A stretch of DNA of 63,109 bases, the filler included, from Rhabdomonas costata (taxonomy: Eukaryota): assembly GCA_019059605.1 (NCBI GenBank). It is 39 parts of 39 records of this genome, joined end to end, with 100 filler letters (N's around TTAATTAATTAA, not from the genome) between each part and the next. Parts side by side here need not be neighbours in the genome. Positions count along the whole stretch, not along the records: positions 25,936 to 27,456 come from JAHMHO010013917.1; positions 27,557 to 29,078 come from JAHMHO010013918.1; positions 29,179 to 30,699 come from JAHMHO010013919.1; positions 30,800 to 32,317 come from JAHMHO010013920.1; positions 32,418 to 33,935 come from JAHMHO010013921.1; positions 34,036 to 35,556 come from JAHMHO010013922.1; positions 35,657 to 37,177 come from JAHMHO010013923.1; positions 37,278 to 38,798 come from JAHMHO010013924.1; 31 more parts are not named here. One strand, given 5' to 3'. Shown in pieces: positions 25,936-38,898 of this stretch (position 1 is the first letter of the stretch; every line of letters begins with the position of its first letter). The notes beneath the pieces were generated by a model. That model made no database searches and was not told the origin of the DNA. It saw nothing but the letters and a program-made list of their open reading frames with translations. The translations under genes were made by a program, and so were the position numbers.

Positions 25936-27456
25936 GTGTTGGGTGTGGTTGGGTTTGGTGGGCATATTGTTTCATTGCGTCCAATCAATCCACATTGACG
26001 CTTTTCAGGTGTGACCTCTCACTCTCCCTGGGTAACAGGACGGCTCTTGCTCTCGTTGATGTGGTTCGGGTGGCATCTTGGATCCTGGATGGCGGGCACT
26101 GCCCTATGTCCTATTGTCGTTAAGCTGCGCCATTATTCTGTGTGGACCCTGTCCTGGCAATTTTTACGCGTGGTCGAGCTTCGGGTCTCGAAGGACGACT
26201 GGAAGGTGTTGTGGAGTTTCGTGGTCTCTTGTCACAAACACCTGTTGCTAATGCACGGGTTTTCTTATGGCAGCATACAAGCGGCACTGGATTCTTTGGT
26301 TGCCCTGTCTTGTGGGTGGACTACAGCCCCACTATCCGAGAACAAGCATATGAGTCCCAAGCCGTCCGGCAGCTGCTGGTCTCTCTTAATCTTTTGGGTT
26401 AACTTCTGGCACTTATGCACCGGGAGAAATGTGTTTTGCCATTCTCCATTAGTAGTTTCTCGACGCCTCTGCTAACGTTGTTGGCAGTGCTTCACATCCG
26501 TGGATTCCGCCCACATGAGGCATTTCAGACCTGGGTGGCAACCAGCATTACTGCGCCAGTATTTAGCTGCCTAAGTCATGGAAATGAGAACGGAGCGGCT
26601 CCGGCGTTGGCATGTTCAACTTCCTGATCTCTAGAAGCTGCACGGGAAGGGTTTACAGTTGGTGGTTTACAGGTGGCTGTGAGTCTTTGTCTTTGTATTG
26701 TGGTACTTCCACTATTCTGAATGAGAAGGGCCAGCATTGTTGTTCCCTGGAGGCTGTGGATACCGCGGTGCGACGCTGTTGTGTCCGCGGTGTCTGGAGG
26801 ATGCATGAGGTTGCAAAACCCTCCCTCGAGTTTGGATACATTTCTGGCTTCCAGCTTCTTTGGTCACATCCATCGGTGTAAGTGGCTGCATGAGGGATTG
26901 GCCATGGAGCGGGTTTAAGCTTTCCTGGGGAGCATGCGTGAACGCTCGTCCCATGGGACTCGGGACGTTCCCTTGACCATATAAAAGTCTCTCCACGACC
27001 GCTTCCTCGCCTGTGTCGCCGATGTACTCAACTTAATGGAGAAATGGAGAAAAATGGAGAAAAGGATGCTGGCCGGATGAGATGCTGCATGCCTACGTCG
27101 TCATGATCCGCAAGGCCTCCGGTGGAATCCGGCCCCAGGTTCAACGCCACATCACGGTTCTGGACGTGGTGTACCGTCTCTGGTCAACCGGCACCATTCA
27201 GAGCTGGGTCTCCATACTTCAGGTGTCATACTTGGGCCCCTCTGTGATGGGATTTCTGGCGCAGTCCAGCATCAGCTTCTGTCCGATGCCATCGAGCTCC
27301 AAATGCGCCGTGGTAAACCTCTGTGTGTCGTCAAATTTGACGTGTCCAAGTGCTTTCTCTCCATTTTTTGGTGGGCAGTATTTGGTGCTATGGAGGAAGC
27401 GGGCATACCCATCGTGGTAATCAAGTGTTTTCAACATTTTTATGCCCACCAACAAC
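25936..27456 (+). mobile_element. Degenerate non-LTR retrotransposon (LINE) endonuclease/RT fragment
   Basis: VVMIRKASGGIRPQVQRHITVLDVVYRLW (RT domains 1-2, LIPK..RPI..YRxW) and VKFDVSKCFLSI (domain 3, DxxKxFDS) lie in shifted frames with many stops. Confidence 0.75.
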
Positions 27457-30400
27457 NNNNNNNNNNNNNNNNNNNNNNNNNNNNNNNNNNNNNNNNNNNN
27501 TTAATTAATTAANNNNNNNNNNNNNNNNNNNNNNNNNNNNNNNNNNNNNNNNNNNNGGTTTTTGGTGAACCCTGGTCAATACGTGGAGCTGTTTGGCTTT
27601 AGCTGTGCTGTTCGGTATCAGAGCTACTTTGCCAGAAATTTGTGCGGGTGCTGGAGCTTGAATGAAGCTGTCCTTTCCTCATTTCAATGCCGATACACCT
27701 CAATCATTTGACCTCAGGAGATTTGGGCATTTGGACATTGGTGGGAATACTCGTTCCATGTGGTGGAATGCAACTCTCTCCAATTTACGGGACCGTTTTC
27801 TTTCGCATTTCCTTCCCGTTGTCTGCTGTGCCCACGGCCGCGTTTCTGCTGCGATAATTGTTCTTCCTCCCCAGGTATATGGAGAGTTCGCGGAAGGAGT
27901 GCTGCCGGGGACTTCCCAAAGGGTTCAAGGCAGTGTTGAGCTGACAACTTAGGGGCCGCGGCCTTGCCCTGCCTTTCCCATTCGCTTTCTTTGTCCTGCA
28001 ACTGTGTGGCTGTAAATTGACATCCTTGCAGACTTCCATGCCGCGTTCACCCCGTTCCTTACCACGCGCGCTTTTTGCCCACAGGGAGGTGGAGTTTAGG
28101 AAGCAGTGGTCTTTACTGGTCAGAGTTGTCGTAGTCTTCAAACATAGCGGGTGCGTGGAAAAAAGACGAGTCGGCAACGGGACACTCCATTTTATTGAAC
28201 TCAGTTAATCGAAGCCGTTGACGTTCCAGGTAATGACTAAGCGCTTAAAATGTAACACACCAGCAGGTGTTCTTTTCTTTCCGGTGTCTTTTAGGTTAGA
28301 ATTGATTACTAAATGCTTCATAATGTTGCACTGCGATGGGGTATGCTGCCCCGTGGGGCAGATTGTGTGTGAGGCATCCTTGGAAATGTAACCTCCACCG
28401 CGGCGATGGTATATTCTGATGTGCAGCAAGAGTTGGACAGTGGAGATACGATCGGGGTGTCACTTTACTCACCGATCACGCTTTAAGTTAGCTGTGGGGT
28501 GGTTTGTTGCGATTGCGATTTTGTTTTGCTGTGTCGGTAGCTTAGTGATCTGTTCTGTCTTGCCTCTTGGCTGTGTGGATCGAATATGCATGCAAATACA
28601 TCAGTTAACAAGTAGACATCTCATTCAACTGCACTGTGCATCTCGCCCCCAACCCCAAGAAAAAAACGTGTGCGGTTCACATTCTTTCCTTGCTGAATGC
28701 CTTCCTTTTGTTTCGTCTCATTTGACATTAGGTCCCTCCTCTTTGTCCCAGAGCGCTGTGCAAAACGCCAATTTCGGTGCTTGTTCTGTCCCGTAAGCCC
28801 ATTTCGGTGATTATCCCGTGGGAGCGGTGAGCGGAACCAGCCACGCACCAGATGGACGATCCCTCGGGCTTAGCCCTGAAATCTCTCTCCCACCCAGCCC
28901 ACTCACCTCGTCCTCTTCACCCCAAGGCTCGAACTTACCACTGCGGTCTCGACCCTTCCGCTGCTTCCCACCCCTCCACACAGCCCGTATCCTTCCGGGA
29001 TAAACGCAAGCGGTTCAAGGCGCACATCAAAAGTCTCGGCAATCTCCTGGAGCGCCTCTGTCTCACACCACCCACACCNNNNNNNNNNNNNNNNNNNNNN
29101 NNNNNNNNNNNNNNNNNNNNNNTTAATTAATTAANNNNNNNNNNNNNNNNNNNNNNNNNNNNNNNNNNNNNNNNNNNNGGGGTTTTGGTCCTCTTCGGAG
29201 GACGAGGAGGGGAGTATGGGGGTCTCAGAGAAGTGCACGCAGGCCGAGGCGGGGGCCTGGCGGTGCCCACAGGGAAGCTCACTGGAGGGGCTGAGCACCA
29301 CCACCCGACCACTCACGATTTCATCTTTTTATTCACGCCTGGTCACATTTATCGATTTCTTCTCTCGGTCCAAGTTAAAAAGTTAAAAAATTACACGCAC
29401 AACTCAACTGCGTCAGAGGATCCCGATTCTGGAGGTGGGAAGACCACGGATGCATGTGTGCTTCCGCCGACCCAACAATTCATTGACCACCACTACCAAC
29501 ATGCTCACAACCGACCTAGCAATGTGCCCTTCAACAACTGTGGGGCCAGTCCAATGCACTGGGGGGGGGGGTGTTAACGCCTTAAAATCGTTAATCGGCG
29601 TGCTATAATATTGGATGCTTTGTGTTGGGGTACTTTCCCTAACCTTTCCTTTTCCCTTGGGCTGCCATTGCGTCTGTTTGGGGACCCGACTTCTTCACTT
29701 TTTCCTCTGGAACCTGCTCCCCCACCTCCACTCCCCGCGGAGATTACGGACTCAGCCTTAGTATTGGCAGCATAGTTTTGACCTTGTCGCTTAACGTCGT
29801 AAAACCGTTTAACACCCTTCCCTGACTGCATCGGACTTCTTCCGCAAGAAAACCCATTATCCCACTGTCCTACTGTAAACCTGCAAACCTTCGTTCAGCG
29901 GCGTTTACACGAGGTAGTCCCTCCGTTGGTGTGGCGCGGAGGGAGCCGTTCCTGGGAGCCGCGCTGGTGGTGGCCGAGGTTGTGGGGGTGGTCGAAGGCT
30001 TCCGGGGCCGAACTCGGGTTCGGATCACGGAGTGCGTCGAGGACATCACCCGAGCCCCCCCAGCGGTGCGAATCGCGGCGAAGGAGTACTCCGGAGCCTA
30101 TATCCCCCTCCAAACGGATGTCGGATTCGCAACTTGAAGAGAAGACTTGATCAAACCCATTCGTACCCACACTAATGGACCCAAAAAACGAAGCCAGAAA
30201 TATTGAAACCCGAGAAAAAAATCACCAAAACCCATGCGTTCCCACACAACTTAACGAAAAAGTGCAGCAAATCAAGCGTTTTCGGACTTAGAAGCCAAAA
30301 GCGATGGTGAATAAACTGGGTATGTGCGTGTACATAAGGTTGCAACTACGATGCCACACCCCCACACCTCAAAGTATTCTTTGACGAAGGGCGGCGACGC

Positions 30401-32147
30401 GTTGAGTAAGTTTGAGGGCACGTTCCTTGCACTGTGAGGGGGGTTTGTCTCTCTGAAGTGTGTAATTGTTTTCGAGTTTCCGCACACACGAGCGCGCGTG
30501 AAGACAAGAAAACCAAAGGGGGACTTCTTTAGCGAAGAGCGTCGGGCGAAGTCGGTTTCTGTCCCCGTTCCACACACAAGAACTACACAAAATAAGGTCA
30601 CCCCTTTCCCCCGCCCGGCCTCCTCACTGAAACCTACTCACGTCCACCGCCTCAAGACGGGAGCTTTTCACAGTGCCTCATCACATTCTCCCACAAAAAN
30701 NNNNNNNNNNNNNNNNNNNNNNNNNNNNNNNNNNNNNNNNNNNTTAATTAATTAANNNNNNNNNNNNNNNNNNNNNNNNNNNNNNNNNNNNNNNNNNNNA
30801 CTCTCGTGAAGGCCACAGAATTGTTGTGGCAGGTGCTCACATAGGCGCGCTGGGTTCTTTGCTTTTCTGGTTGTGGGTGACAATGTGTAGGGTTGCCTCG
30901 GGCGAGACTTTTGATGCTCCCGAGACACGGTGCCCCAGTGTTCGCTTCTCCGACCTGCCGTAACTTCAACGCACCAAAGCCATACGTACATCTGCGTGAG
31001 ATCCCCATGTTCCCATCCACAGTGTAACGTTTTTGTTTTGTCTGCCGTCTGAAAAGGTCTTTGATGATCTTTTTTTTGCAGTGTTCGGGGGAAGGTCTGT
31101 TTCGACACAATTCCAAGCCTTTTGTTTCCCTTATTATCCCACCTCTTTCTCTGTATTCGCATCATGGCGATGAGCCATAAAATGGTGACGCGGCGACTTT
31201 CCGACACTGAACTCAAGTCCCGCTTTTGCTCTCGTGTCATTCCAACTTCTCTATGTCATGGTGTCTCAATTGGCTCTCATGTCAAAATGACGTGCTTACA
31301 TCCCATGTCATTATGCGCGCACACCCTTTCGCCCATCTCGTTTTGTTCAGAAAATCGAAAAGGAAAAAGGAAAGAAACTCGAACCCGAACCCCAAGATCT
31401 CGTTCACGTCGACGTTTGGCAAGAAAGAGGACTCCCCTTTTCTCTGCTCTTGCTCGAACGTAAACATTCCCCGTGCTCGTTTCTTTTGCCAGCGCACTGT
31501 TGAAGTGTTTATCCCCTGTTTGCTCGGCGGCTTGCGCTTTTGCTTCGGCCGCCCGACCGCTGGGGCCTATCTTTGCTTCCTTTTTTTTGCCTTCCTCCCC
31601 CCCGGTTAGTCCGAAACAGCAAAGTTGTGGAGTTGAGTTTGTGTGATGTGATTACTGCGTGAATCATACCATTTTTCCCAGTTGCAGCCTGCGAAATTTC
31701 ACTCTCGAATCGCAGGGGAACATGACCCCTGTATTTGTTTATTCGGCTGTATGCCGTGGCTGAATATAACCCCACTATTTTGAGGTTAGAGGTTAGAGGT
31801 GAGAGCCTTCGTCAAAGCGTTAAATCATGCCCACAGACCGACTGTCTTCTGCAAAACGATGGTTCAAACACAGTACCGATATGTTAGGCCCAATTTCTTG
31901 GAAACCAACACGGGCATCATACTGGTGCAGGTGGGATGCAAGGATTCAACAACTTTTTTCCGAAATCGCCACCCTTTCACGATGCAAATTTTGTTTCCTT
32001 TCTCCAGAGAAGCTCAATGTCTTGCCCGTGCACTCTTTTTTTATGTGTGTGATGAACTTTGGCACACAGTACCGCCGTCTCCGGACATGTGCACCTTCAA
32101 CGTCAAAGTGTCCATGTGGGCTTTGCTCCATATTCTTCGACTGACTG

Positions 32148-32317
32148 ATGGCTTTTAAGCCCAGTTACCTTGGGATTGGTGCACTTGCCGCTGCCTTCGT
32201 AGGGATCCTGTATCTCTCTCTGGGATGGTCTGACTCCACGGCCTCCCTCCGGCCGATGGAGTCATCCGTTCCGCTGGGAGCACCTTCAGCACCCGACCCT
32301 CCCCATCCCCAACTCAC
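32148..32317 (+). CDS. N-terminus of a type II membrane or secreted protein (partial)
   Basis: ATG followed by the signal-anchor SYLGIGALAAAFVGILYLSLG and a Pro/Ser-rich stem; truncated by the spacer. Confidence 0.45.
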
Positions 32318-32595
32318 NNNNNNNNNNNNNNNNNNNNNNNNNNNNNNNNNNNNNNNNNNNNTTAATTAATTAANNNNNNNNNNNNNNNNNNNNNNNNNNN
32401 NNNNNNNNNNNNNNNNNGTTTTGTGGGTAGAAAATTTTTCCAAGAAGGGGCCAAGTAATGCAAGTGGTATATTGTTCTCGCTTTCATTTCTGGTTCGTCA
32501 CGGGTGCAAGCATTTCGTGGTTGCCTTTTGACACAATAATGTAACGTACTTCAACTTTAACAATGGTTTTTGTGTTGATTTGTCACTTTTGACAG

Positions 32596-32674
32596 GATTT
32601 CTTGTCGGAGCTGGAGTTCTGCTCACCGCAGTTGCAGCATACAACTCGCTGTTCACCGTGGAGGGTGGTCACAA
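32596..32674 (+). CDS. Prohibitin (PHB2-like) exon
   Basis: After TTTGACAG the frame reads FLVGAGVLLTAVAAYNSLFTVEGGH, the prohibitin N-terminal signature SxFxVEGGH. Confidence 0.75.
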
Positions 32675-32904
32675 GTGTGTCATTTTCATATTTTGACCTA
32701 TTGTGACTGTCCAAACGCTCACAAACAGATTCTCAGAGGTGTGGTCGGTTTTCGTATATAAATAACCACCTGTGCCAAAGCCAGCATTTGCAGATTTTCT
32801 TCTTTTGGACAGGTGTGTCTGAGATCTTCCTTCCCCAACCCGTCTATCCTCCTTTCCGCCAGCAGCGAAGGTGGAACAAAACGCAGCACGGCAAGGCAAG
32901 GCAC

Positions 32905-33660
32905 AATCACAGTGCAGCAGCAAGAAGTGCATCCGCGATGCAGCAGCGAATGCTACCGCTAAGGTCACGCCGTACAGTTCCGCCGTCTGTTGGGCGTCAT
33001 GACCGCGGCGTAGCTTTCCAGGAGTTGAGGTGGAATGGTGGCCAGCTGCAAAGACCCACAGTCCCGCTTGCAGCGCAGGCGTCGGAGATGAGGATGTGCA
33101 GACCACCGCACTCGGCAGCACCCTAACGTCAGCGAAAGGGCGAAGGACCACAGCCTCCTCGAAAGCCCGCCTGAGCAGCTCGTACCCAGCATGCGGTACG
33201 CCCCTTGGAGTGCGCGTGCCGACCCGTGAAAGTGGTTGGCAAACGCAGCCCAGCCCAGCATCCTGCAATGTTCGGCTGCACACAGCGGGCTGCAGCAGCG
33301 AACAGCCCAGTGAGTTGGCGGCGGCGGTCGGGTGTGCTGGACACCAGGCGGTGTTCGAAACGCTTGCCGATCCAGTCGATCATGAGCGTGGGCTCCAGCA
33401 CGCACTTGTGGAGTGAGACCAGGAGTCCACATCGATTTAGATATGCGACGCAGGCTTGCGTCGCAGTGCGGAGCAGGTCGGGGTCTGGCGATGCAAGTAT
33501 CAGGTCATCATAGTAGACCCAAGGTAAACCCCCGGTAAAGTTGGCCAGCGCGGCGGAGACGAGGCGCTCCATCTCCTTCTGCGCCAGGACGGGTGCCCAG
33601 CTCCACCCGAAGGGAAGGCGTTGCCAACGCCATTGGGTGCCCGCGTAGGTAAACACGAAG
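32905..33660 (-). mobile_element. Degenerate DIRS-like (tyrosine-recombinase class) retrotransposon RT-RNase H fragment
   Basis: WQRLPFGWSWAP..AQ, YYDDLIL, GLLVSLHKCVLEP, IDWIG, then frameshifted RNase H motifs ILISDAC and QQTAELYG..LHCD. Confidence 0.85.
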
Positions 33661-34887
33661 GGATGTCTATCCTGCTGGAAGGAGGTGCGCGCGGTCCTGG
33701 GGATGCAGGGAAAGCGGGTGAAAGTAGGCGGAAATGTCCAGTTTCGTGTAGAAGCGTGTAGGCCACCAGCGTGTGGACGCGGCGAGGGATGAGGTTGAGG
33801 GAAGGCGAAACGGTGGTGGTCTGAGTGTGTATAGAGCGTTCAGAGGACGCAGATCGCAGATGACACGTGCGGAGTGAGCGTCCTTTGCGATCTGCGTCCT
33901 CTGAACGCTCTATACACACTCAGACCACCACCACCNNNNNNNNNNNNNNNNNNNNNNNNNNNNNNNNNNNNNNNNNNNNTTAATTAATTAANNNNNNNNN
34001 NNNNNNNNNNNNNNNNNNNNNNNNNNNNNNNNNNNTGTTTGTGGTGGAGAAATGCTTCGCTACAGAAACAACGTCCGCCAAAGGAAAAATTTCCTACCGC
34101 GGGCGTGCTAACAACGTTTCGGAAGGCCTAAGGGATATGCAATTACCCCCCAGCGACTTCGCCCCGTTGTTCTGCGCTGTTTGATGATGTTTTCACTACT
34201 TTCTGACGGGAGGCATGAACATGTTACAGAGTGACGCCGTCCTGCTGAGAGGCGATCGTGGTGGAGGCGACGGTCCTCTTCTATTTGTGTACTGTTGAAC
34301 ACTTTGGATAGGGTCAACCCATGCAAAAGATAACAGCAAAGAGCACAGCCATCTCTCGGGCGGAAGGATGCTCCACATCCGTGATGCAGCATTGCCCATA
34401 CGTGTACGAGTTGTGCAGAACAAGGAGAGACGTGTTTGGGTTTGTGAAGCAGAGACTCTGGAAACACAGCGACACACTCGTGGTGCCATGGGCGCCCGAC
34501 TTAGTGCGCGCGACCGGAGAATTTTCAAGGTGTTGGACGTGCCAACCCAACCGACGAGCAGTGCCACAGCAGCGGCAGGTCAAATCGGGCTTCTGCAAAG
34601 CAACTGCGACATGCCATCAGATGGGCGGGGGTCACCACGGTCCAGAAACCGAAGACCTCGTGTCAGCGGATTCTGAGAACCCCCCCACCTGCCTGCGTAG
34701 AGAATCGAAATGGAATTCGAACCCACCCAACACTGGAATCTTGGCAGCCCGCCATCAACATGAGTGCAGAGCAGTGGAAAGCGAACAATCGCAACCAAAC
34801 AGGATAGCAGCAACCTCAGGATCGATGAGTACTTCCTCCCAGCCAATGACTCGGCTGTTATACTTTCGGTCTCGGGCGACGGAGTTG

Positions 34888-35404
34888 TCAGTCGGACCAA
34901 GGGCAGTTGGGGTGCTTGTTTTCCACGACGAAGGCCAGGGAACTGCTCAGCAGCCCCGCCATCACTGGGACACTGATTTGGAAGGGCATGTGGTAGAGGA
35001 AGTTGTGTTTCGCCTTGTACTTCATGCACGTGGCGCGTTGGAAGGGGTAGGCCTGTGGCGTCACATTCCCAACACTAAGACAAGAAAAGGACAGCATCGA
35101 CGGGGACGCTCAGAGAGAGAGAGAGAGAGCAGATAAGTTCCAGCATACATATATCCCACCAAATCTGCTCATTCATTTCGCTTCGGTAACCTTTGCGAGA
35201 CAAGCTACACAAAAAGCCGATAACTTATCCGTCTAGAATGGAGAAAACCACACAGCCAAAAGTACAATGAGACCAGGACGAGTACGTCCGACATGCCCCC
35301 GTTGGTGACCCAAGGCTCCAGCTCAACCTGGCACTTCCGCGTCACCAAGGGCAGGTGCACCGCAGCCGAACCACGGGGCAGGAACAGCGCATACACCGCT
35401 GCCC
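34888..35404 (-). CDS. C-terminal exons of a possible GT61-like glycosyltransferase
   Basis: AAVYALFLPRGSAAVHL resembles the GT61 GAxxxxxxFLPxGAxVIE motif; the last exon AYPFQRATC...CPWSD ends at a stop. Confidence 0.3.
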
Positions 35405-35746
35405 TATAAAAATGGAGCGAAGCTCTTTTCCCCATCGGAAAGAAACCCATGTGATTGTGATTGAGCATTCTCGACTCCCCGAAGAAAGGTAAGCTCTTGC
35501 GGGTGCTGGTTTTTGAAGCGACTGAGAGCTCCACATGGCAGGCCAACCCCAAACCCNNNNNNNNNNNNNNNNNNNNNNNNNNNNNNNNNNNNNNNNNNNN
35601 TTAATTAATTAANNNNNNNNNNNNNNNNNNNNNNNNNNNNNNNNNNNNNNNNNNNNTGATTTTCAAATAGAAAGGTGGCTGAAACCCATGTTCACCTGCC
35701 ACCAAGCGACCAAGACCACAGGTGGTTGAATTTAGGTAGCCCAGCA

Positions 35747-37111
35747 CTACAGCTGGGAGATGGAATTTGCAGTGTGCAGATAAGTAGAGGAGAAAATAGA
35801 GGAGAACATAGGGGGGGGGGCAAAATGCGTGCCGGGTTGATCTTGATCAGTTCAATCTCGTACACAAGTGTGGAATCTGGTGGAATCATGCCGTTGCAAA
35901 TGTCTGGGCACCCCCCACCCCCCACAAAAAAGAAATTAGCCTCCCAAGGTCGAAAACTGAAACGAGACGCTCGAAGCCATTAATCCTCCGCCACTCACTT
36001 GCGCATCAAAACGAAGCAAGAACGATAAGTTAACGTGGCACCCAACCGAAAAAGTCCAGCGATTCGCAGGAATTACGGCAGCAATAAGGAGTTTGTTGCC
36101 TACATGGCAACAAAATAACAGGAAGGTAACTTGGGAAAGTGCATCTCTTTGCAAAAAGCCAAAGGCAAAGGCCGCGCGAAAAGGCACCACAAACCAACCG
36201 AGTGAGCATTTGAACTCGTGTGAAAAGTTAGAACTCTGCAGTGGGCACCTGGAAAATCAAGCGCGTTGTGACCGGATCCCATTCTCAGTCCCCTTTGACA
36301 AATCTATGATAAACATCTGCGTAGAATTAAAATCTCAATTAGTTACTCTTGAATGGACGGAAGTCCGTGAGGCACAAACTTTGCTTGCCGTAGGCCCACT
36401 CCGGGCTGATGGTGAACTTGGCCTTCTCCCCAAGGGACATAGTAATCACTCCTTCACCCCAACCTTTGATCACCTGCAAATGGTGCAAATAAATTGATGA
36501 AAAACGTTAAATGGTTTAAACGTGTGTTTGTGATGATGACACTAAACGCGCCCGGTAGTCAGCGGGTAACTGGGAGGGAAATGATGAAAATGAGAGAATA
36601 GAACCAGCTCTTTATTCAAAAAACTGTCAGGTGGGACATAAATCGATCCAAAGAGATGATTCCGTGATTTGACACTGATGACATTTGATGACATTTATGT
36701 CTCTCGCCGGGTTGTGATAAGGAGGTATGGGGAGCTCCTGTTCAGAGTGTTTTCAGCTGAACACAAAATGCCTCGGTACATTTTTTTGGCGTTTTGTTTC
36801 GAACAGTTGACTTCACACACATCGGCACGGAGTGCCGCAATCGGCATTTTTTGGAATACTGCGCAAAAGAGAACAGCGGGGACGAAGGGACGAGGTCCAC
36901 ATCCCACCCTCGCTCCCGTGTGACACACCGCTCCGTACCCGATCTTGAACCGAAAGGGCTTGCCACGTTCCACGGTGCTGTCGAACTGCTTCCCATGGAG
37001 CACTGTGCCGGTGTAGTGCACCAAGAGCTCCATCCCATACACAGGGCGAGTCTCGCCATCTCCAGCCCTCAAAACCTCCTTCGTCAGGAATTCAGAAATC
37101 TTGGTGCTCAT
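35747..37111 (-). CDS. FKBP-type peptidyl-prolyl isomerase, apparently complete; exons 37111-36929, 36473-36380, 35903-35833, 35752-35747
   Basis: [55 protein letters not shown]..|..[17 protein letters not shown]: all FKBP12 motifs present and in phase. Confidence 0.93.
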
Positions 37112-37728
37112 TTTAGCGAGCGAAAGCTGAGCAGGTATGAGCAGGTACATCCATGCAGATCAAGATGACCACAAACCNNNNNNNNNNNNNNNNNNNNNNN
37201 NNNNNNNNNNNNNNNNNNNNNTTAATTAATTAANNNNNNNNNNNNNNNNNNNNNNNNNNNNNNNNNNNNNNNNNNNNGGGGGGGGGGGGGGGGGAGCGAG
37301 TAGATGAAAGGCAGTTGACACCTGCGCAATTCTCCTCGCTCCCTCGGCCCCAAAGCAGCAGCGAAAGTTCCCAGGATGTACGCTGTGATGACCGGTGAGT
37401 CTTTGGGTACTGTGTGTATGTCTCATCCATATCCATCACAGTGAACCAAAATCGGGGGGGGGTATCAGGGGATCCTTTTCTTTTCAATTGGTCTGCGTAC
37501 TCGCCCTGCTCCACCTATAATCAACATCTCAGAGGAGGAAGTACACCAACAACAACCATAAGCCGATATATACCAGCACCCCAAAATACTGCCCTGCCCT
37601 GGCCAACTCCGCACGCAGGCTGCCTATTTTGTCACCCATGACCTCAGGGCTTTCAGGCCCTGGGCATTACAACTTCAAGCAGCTGTTCCCCATTGCTTGT
37701 TTACCTTTCCCCGACGAGGCAAACACAC

Positions 37729-37923
37729 ATTGTACAGCAGAAAGTCAGCAAAGATCTCCAGGTACTGCAGCATGGCGTAGATCACCCAGAATACCAGCCA
37801 GGAGTTGTCCGAGCGCCACCCATTCGAGTCCACGCTCCGGAAGGACTGCACTCCGCAGTACAGCAGCAGCGCGCGCGTCAAGAAGGTTGCCAGGGAGCTG
37901 CGGATCTGCAGCATGCTCACCAT
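37729..37923 (-). CDS. HVA22/TB2-DP1 (REEP/YOP1 family) first exon
   Basis: YCGVQSFRSVDS...DNSWLVFWVIYAMLQYLEIFADFLL matches the SxxAxES..DxxWLxYWVxY..E family pattern and ends at GTGTGT. Confidence 0.75.
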
Positions 37924-38377
37924 CTTTCTTTCTGTCTGTCTCTCTCACAGAAGGGAAACTTTGTTTCTGTCTTATCCGAAGGAGGGGCTTTCTTGAGGGC
38001 AGGAGGGCTGTCAGACGGCAAAAGGGTGAGGGAAAGTGGCACAAATGTTTCTTTGCTTGATCGACGAGAGACTCAATCTGTGGTAGGGAAGCAGAGATCC
38101 AGCGAAAAGAGCAAGAAAAAGCGCATTTGACCGTCTGCAAGCAGTAACTCCATAAAAAAAGAAAATGTAAACCTTGAATCAGGTCCAGATGTCCCGCAAA
38201 GGAGGCGCAAGGGAGCAGACTCAGTCATAGGTATTAACAGGCACTCCTCTCCGTTTACAGCAAAGGCACTCAGCAGAAGCAACTCGACTGCTCATTGCAC
38301 AGGTACGCAAGGGCGGCGGTAGCAGATATCTTGGGGTGGGAGCCTAAGAGGGCAAGCAGTATTGGGTTGGGTGCAAG

Positions 38378-38531
38378 CTACGTGCTGGGGCGAGCCGCGG
38401 GTACGGGCAGGCGGTGCGTCCTGCAGTAGCGCTCGCAGGCCTCAAACGCGGAGGGCGGAAGCATCCGGTCGTAGGCCTGGCGGTGCTTCAGCAGCACCGG
38501 GCAAATCTCCTCACAGACCAGAGAGTTCTGG
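38378..38531 (-). CDS. Terminal exon of an unknown gene
   Basis: CAG|NSLVCEEICPVLLKHRQAYDRMLPPSAFEACERYCRTHRLPVPAARPST*, GC3-rich. Confidence 0.4.
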
Positions 38532-38898
38532 GCCCGGCTAAGGCTAGGGAAGAACCTGCACAAGCCATGCCGCACCCGTACCATCACAATGAGGGGGGAG
38601 TCAAACCACTATAAACAGATGTTCAGCGTCCAAAAGTCCGGCACAACACCAAAGAACAGCGGAGAGTGGAAGAATTGGAATAATGGTAGGAATGTAGGAA
38701 TGGGGGTGTACGAAATAACACCACGAACCCCTGGAAGTCGTCCCGTCCGCATTGACTTGATTCTCTCACCAGCCGGCACCCTTTTTCTCCCCAAAAACNN
38801 NNNNNNNNNNNNNNNNNNNNNNNNNNNNNNNNNNNNNNNNNNTTAATTAATTAANNNNNNNNNNNNNNNNNNNNNNNNNNNNNNNNNNNNNNNNNNNN

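Noticed and set aside
28205-28245. LVITWNVNG motif like a LINE apurinic endonuclease start (minus strand)
   Set aside because: It is followed immediately by a stop with no convincing downstream endonuclease motifs; at most a tiny relic.
31780-31802. GAGGTTA tandem resembling a telomeric repeat
   Set aside because: Only about 2.5 units, internal, and not the TTAGGG expected for Euglenozoa.
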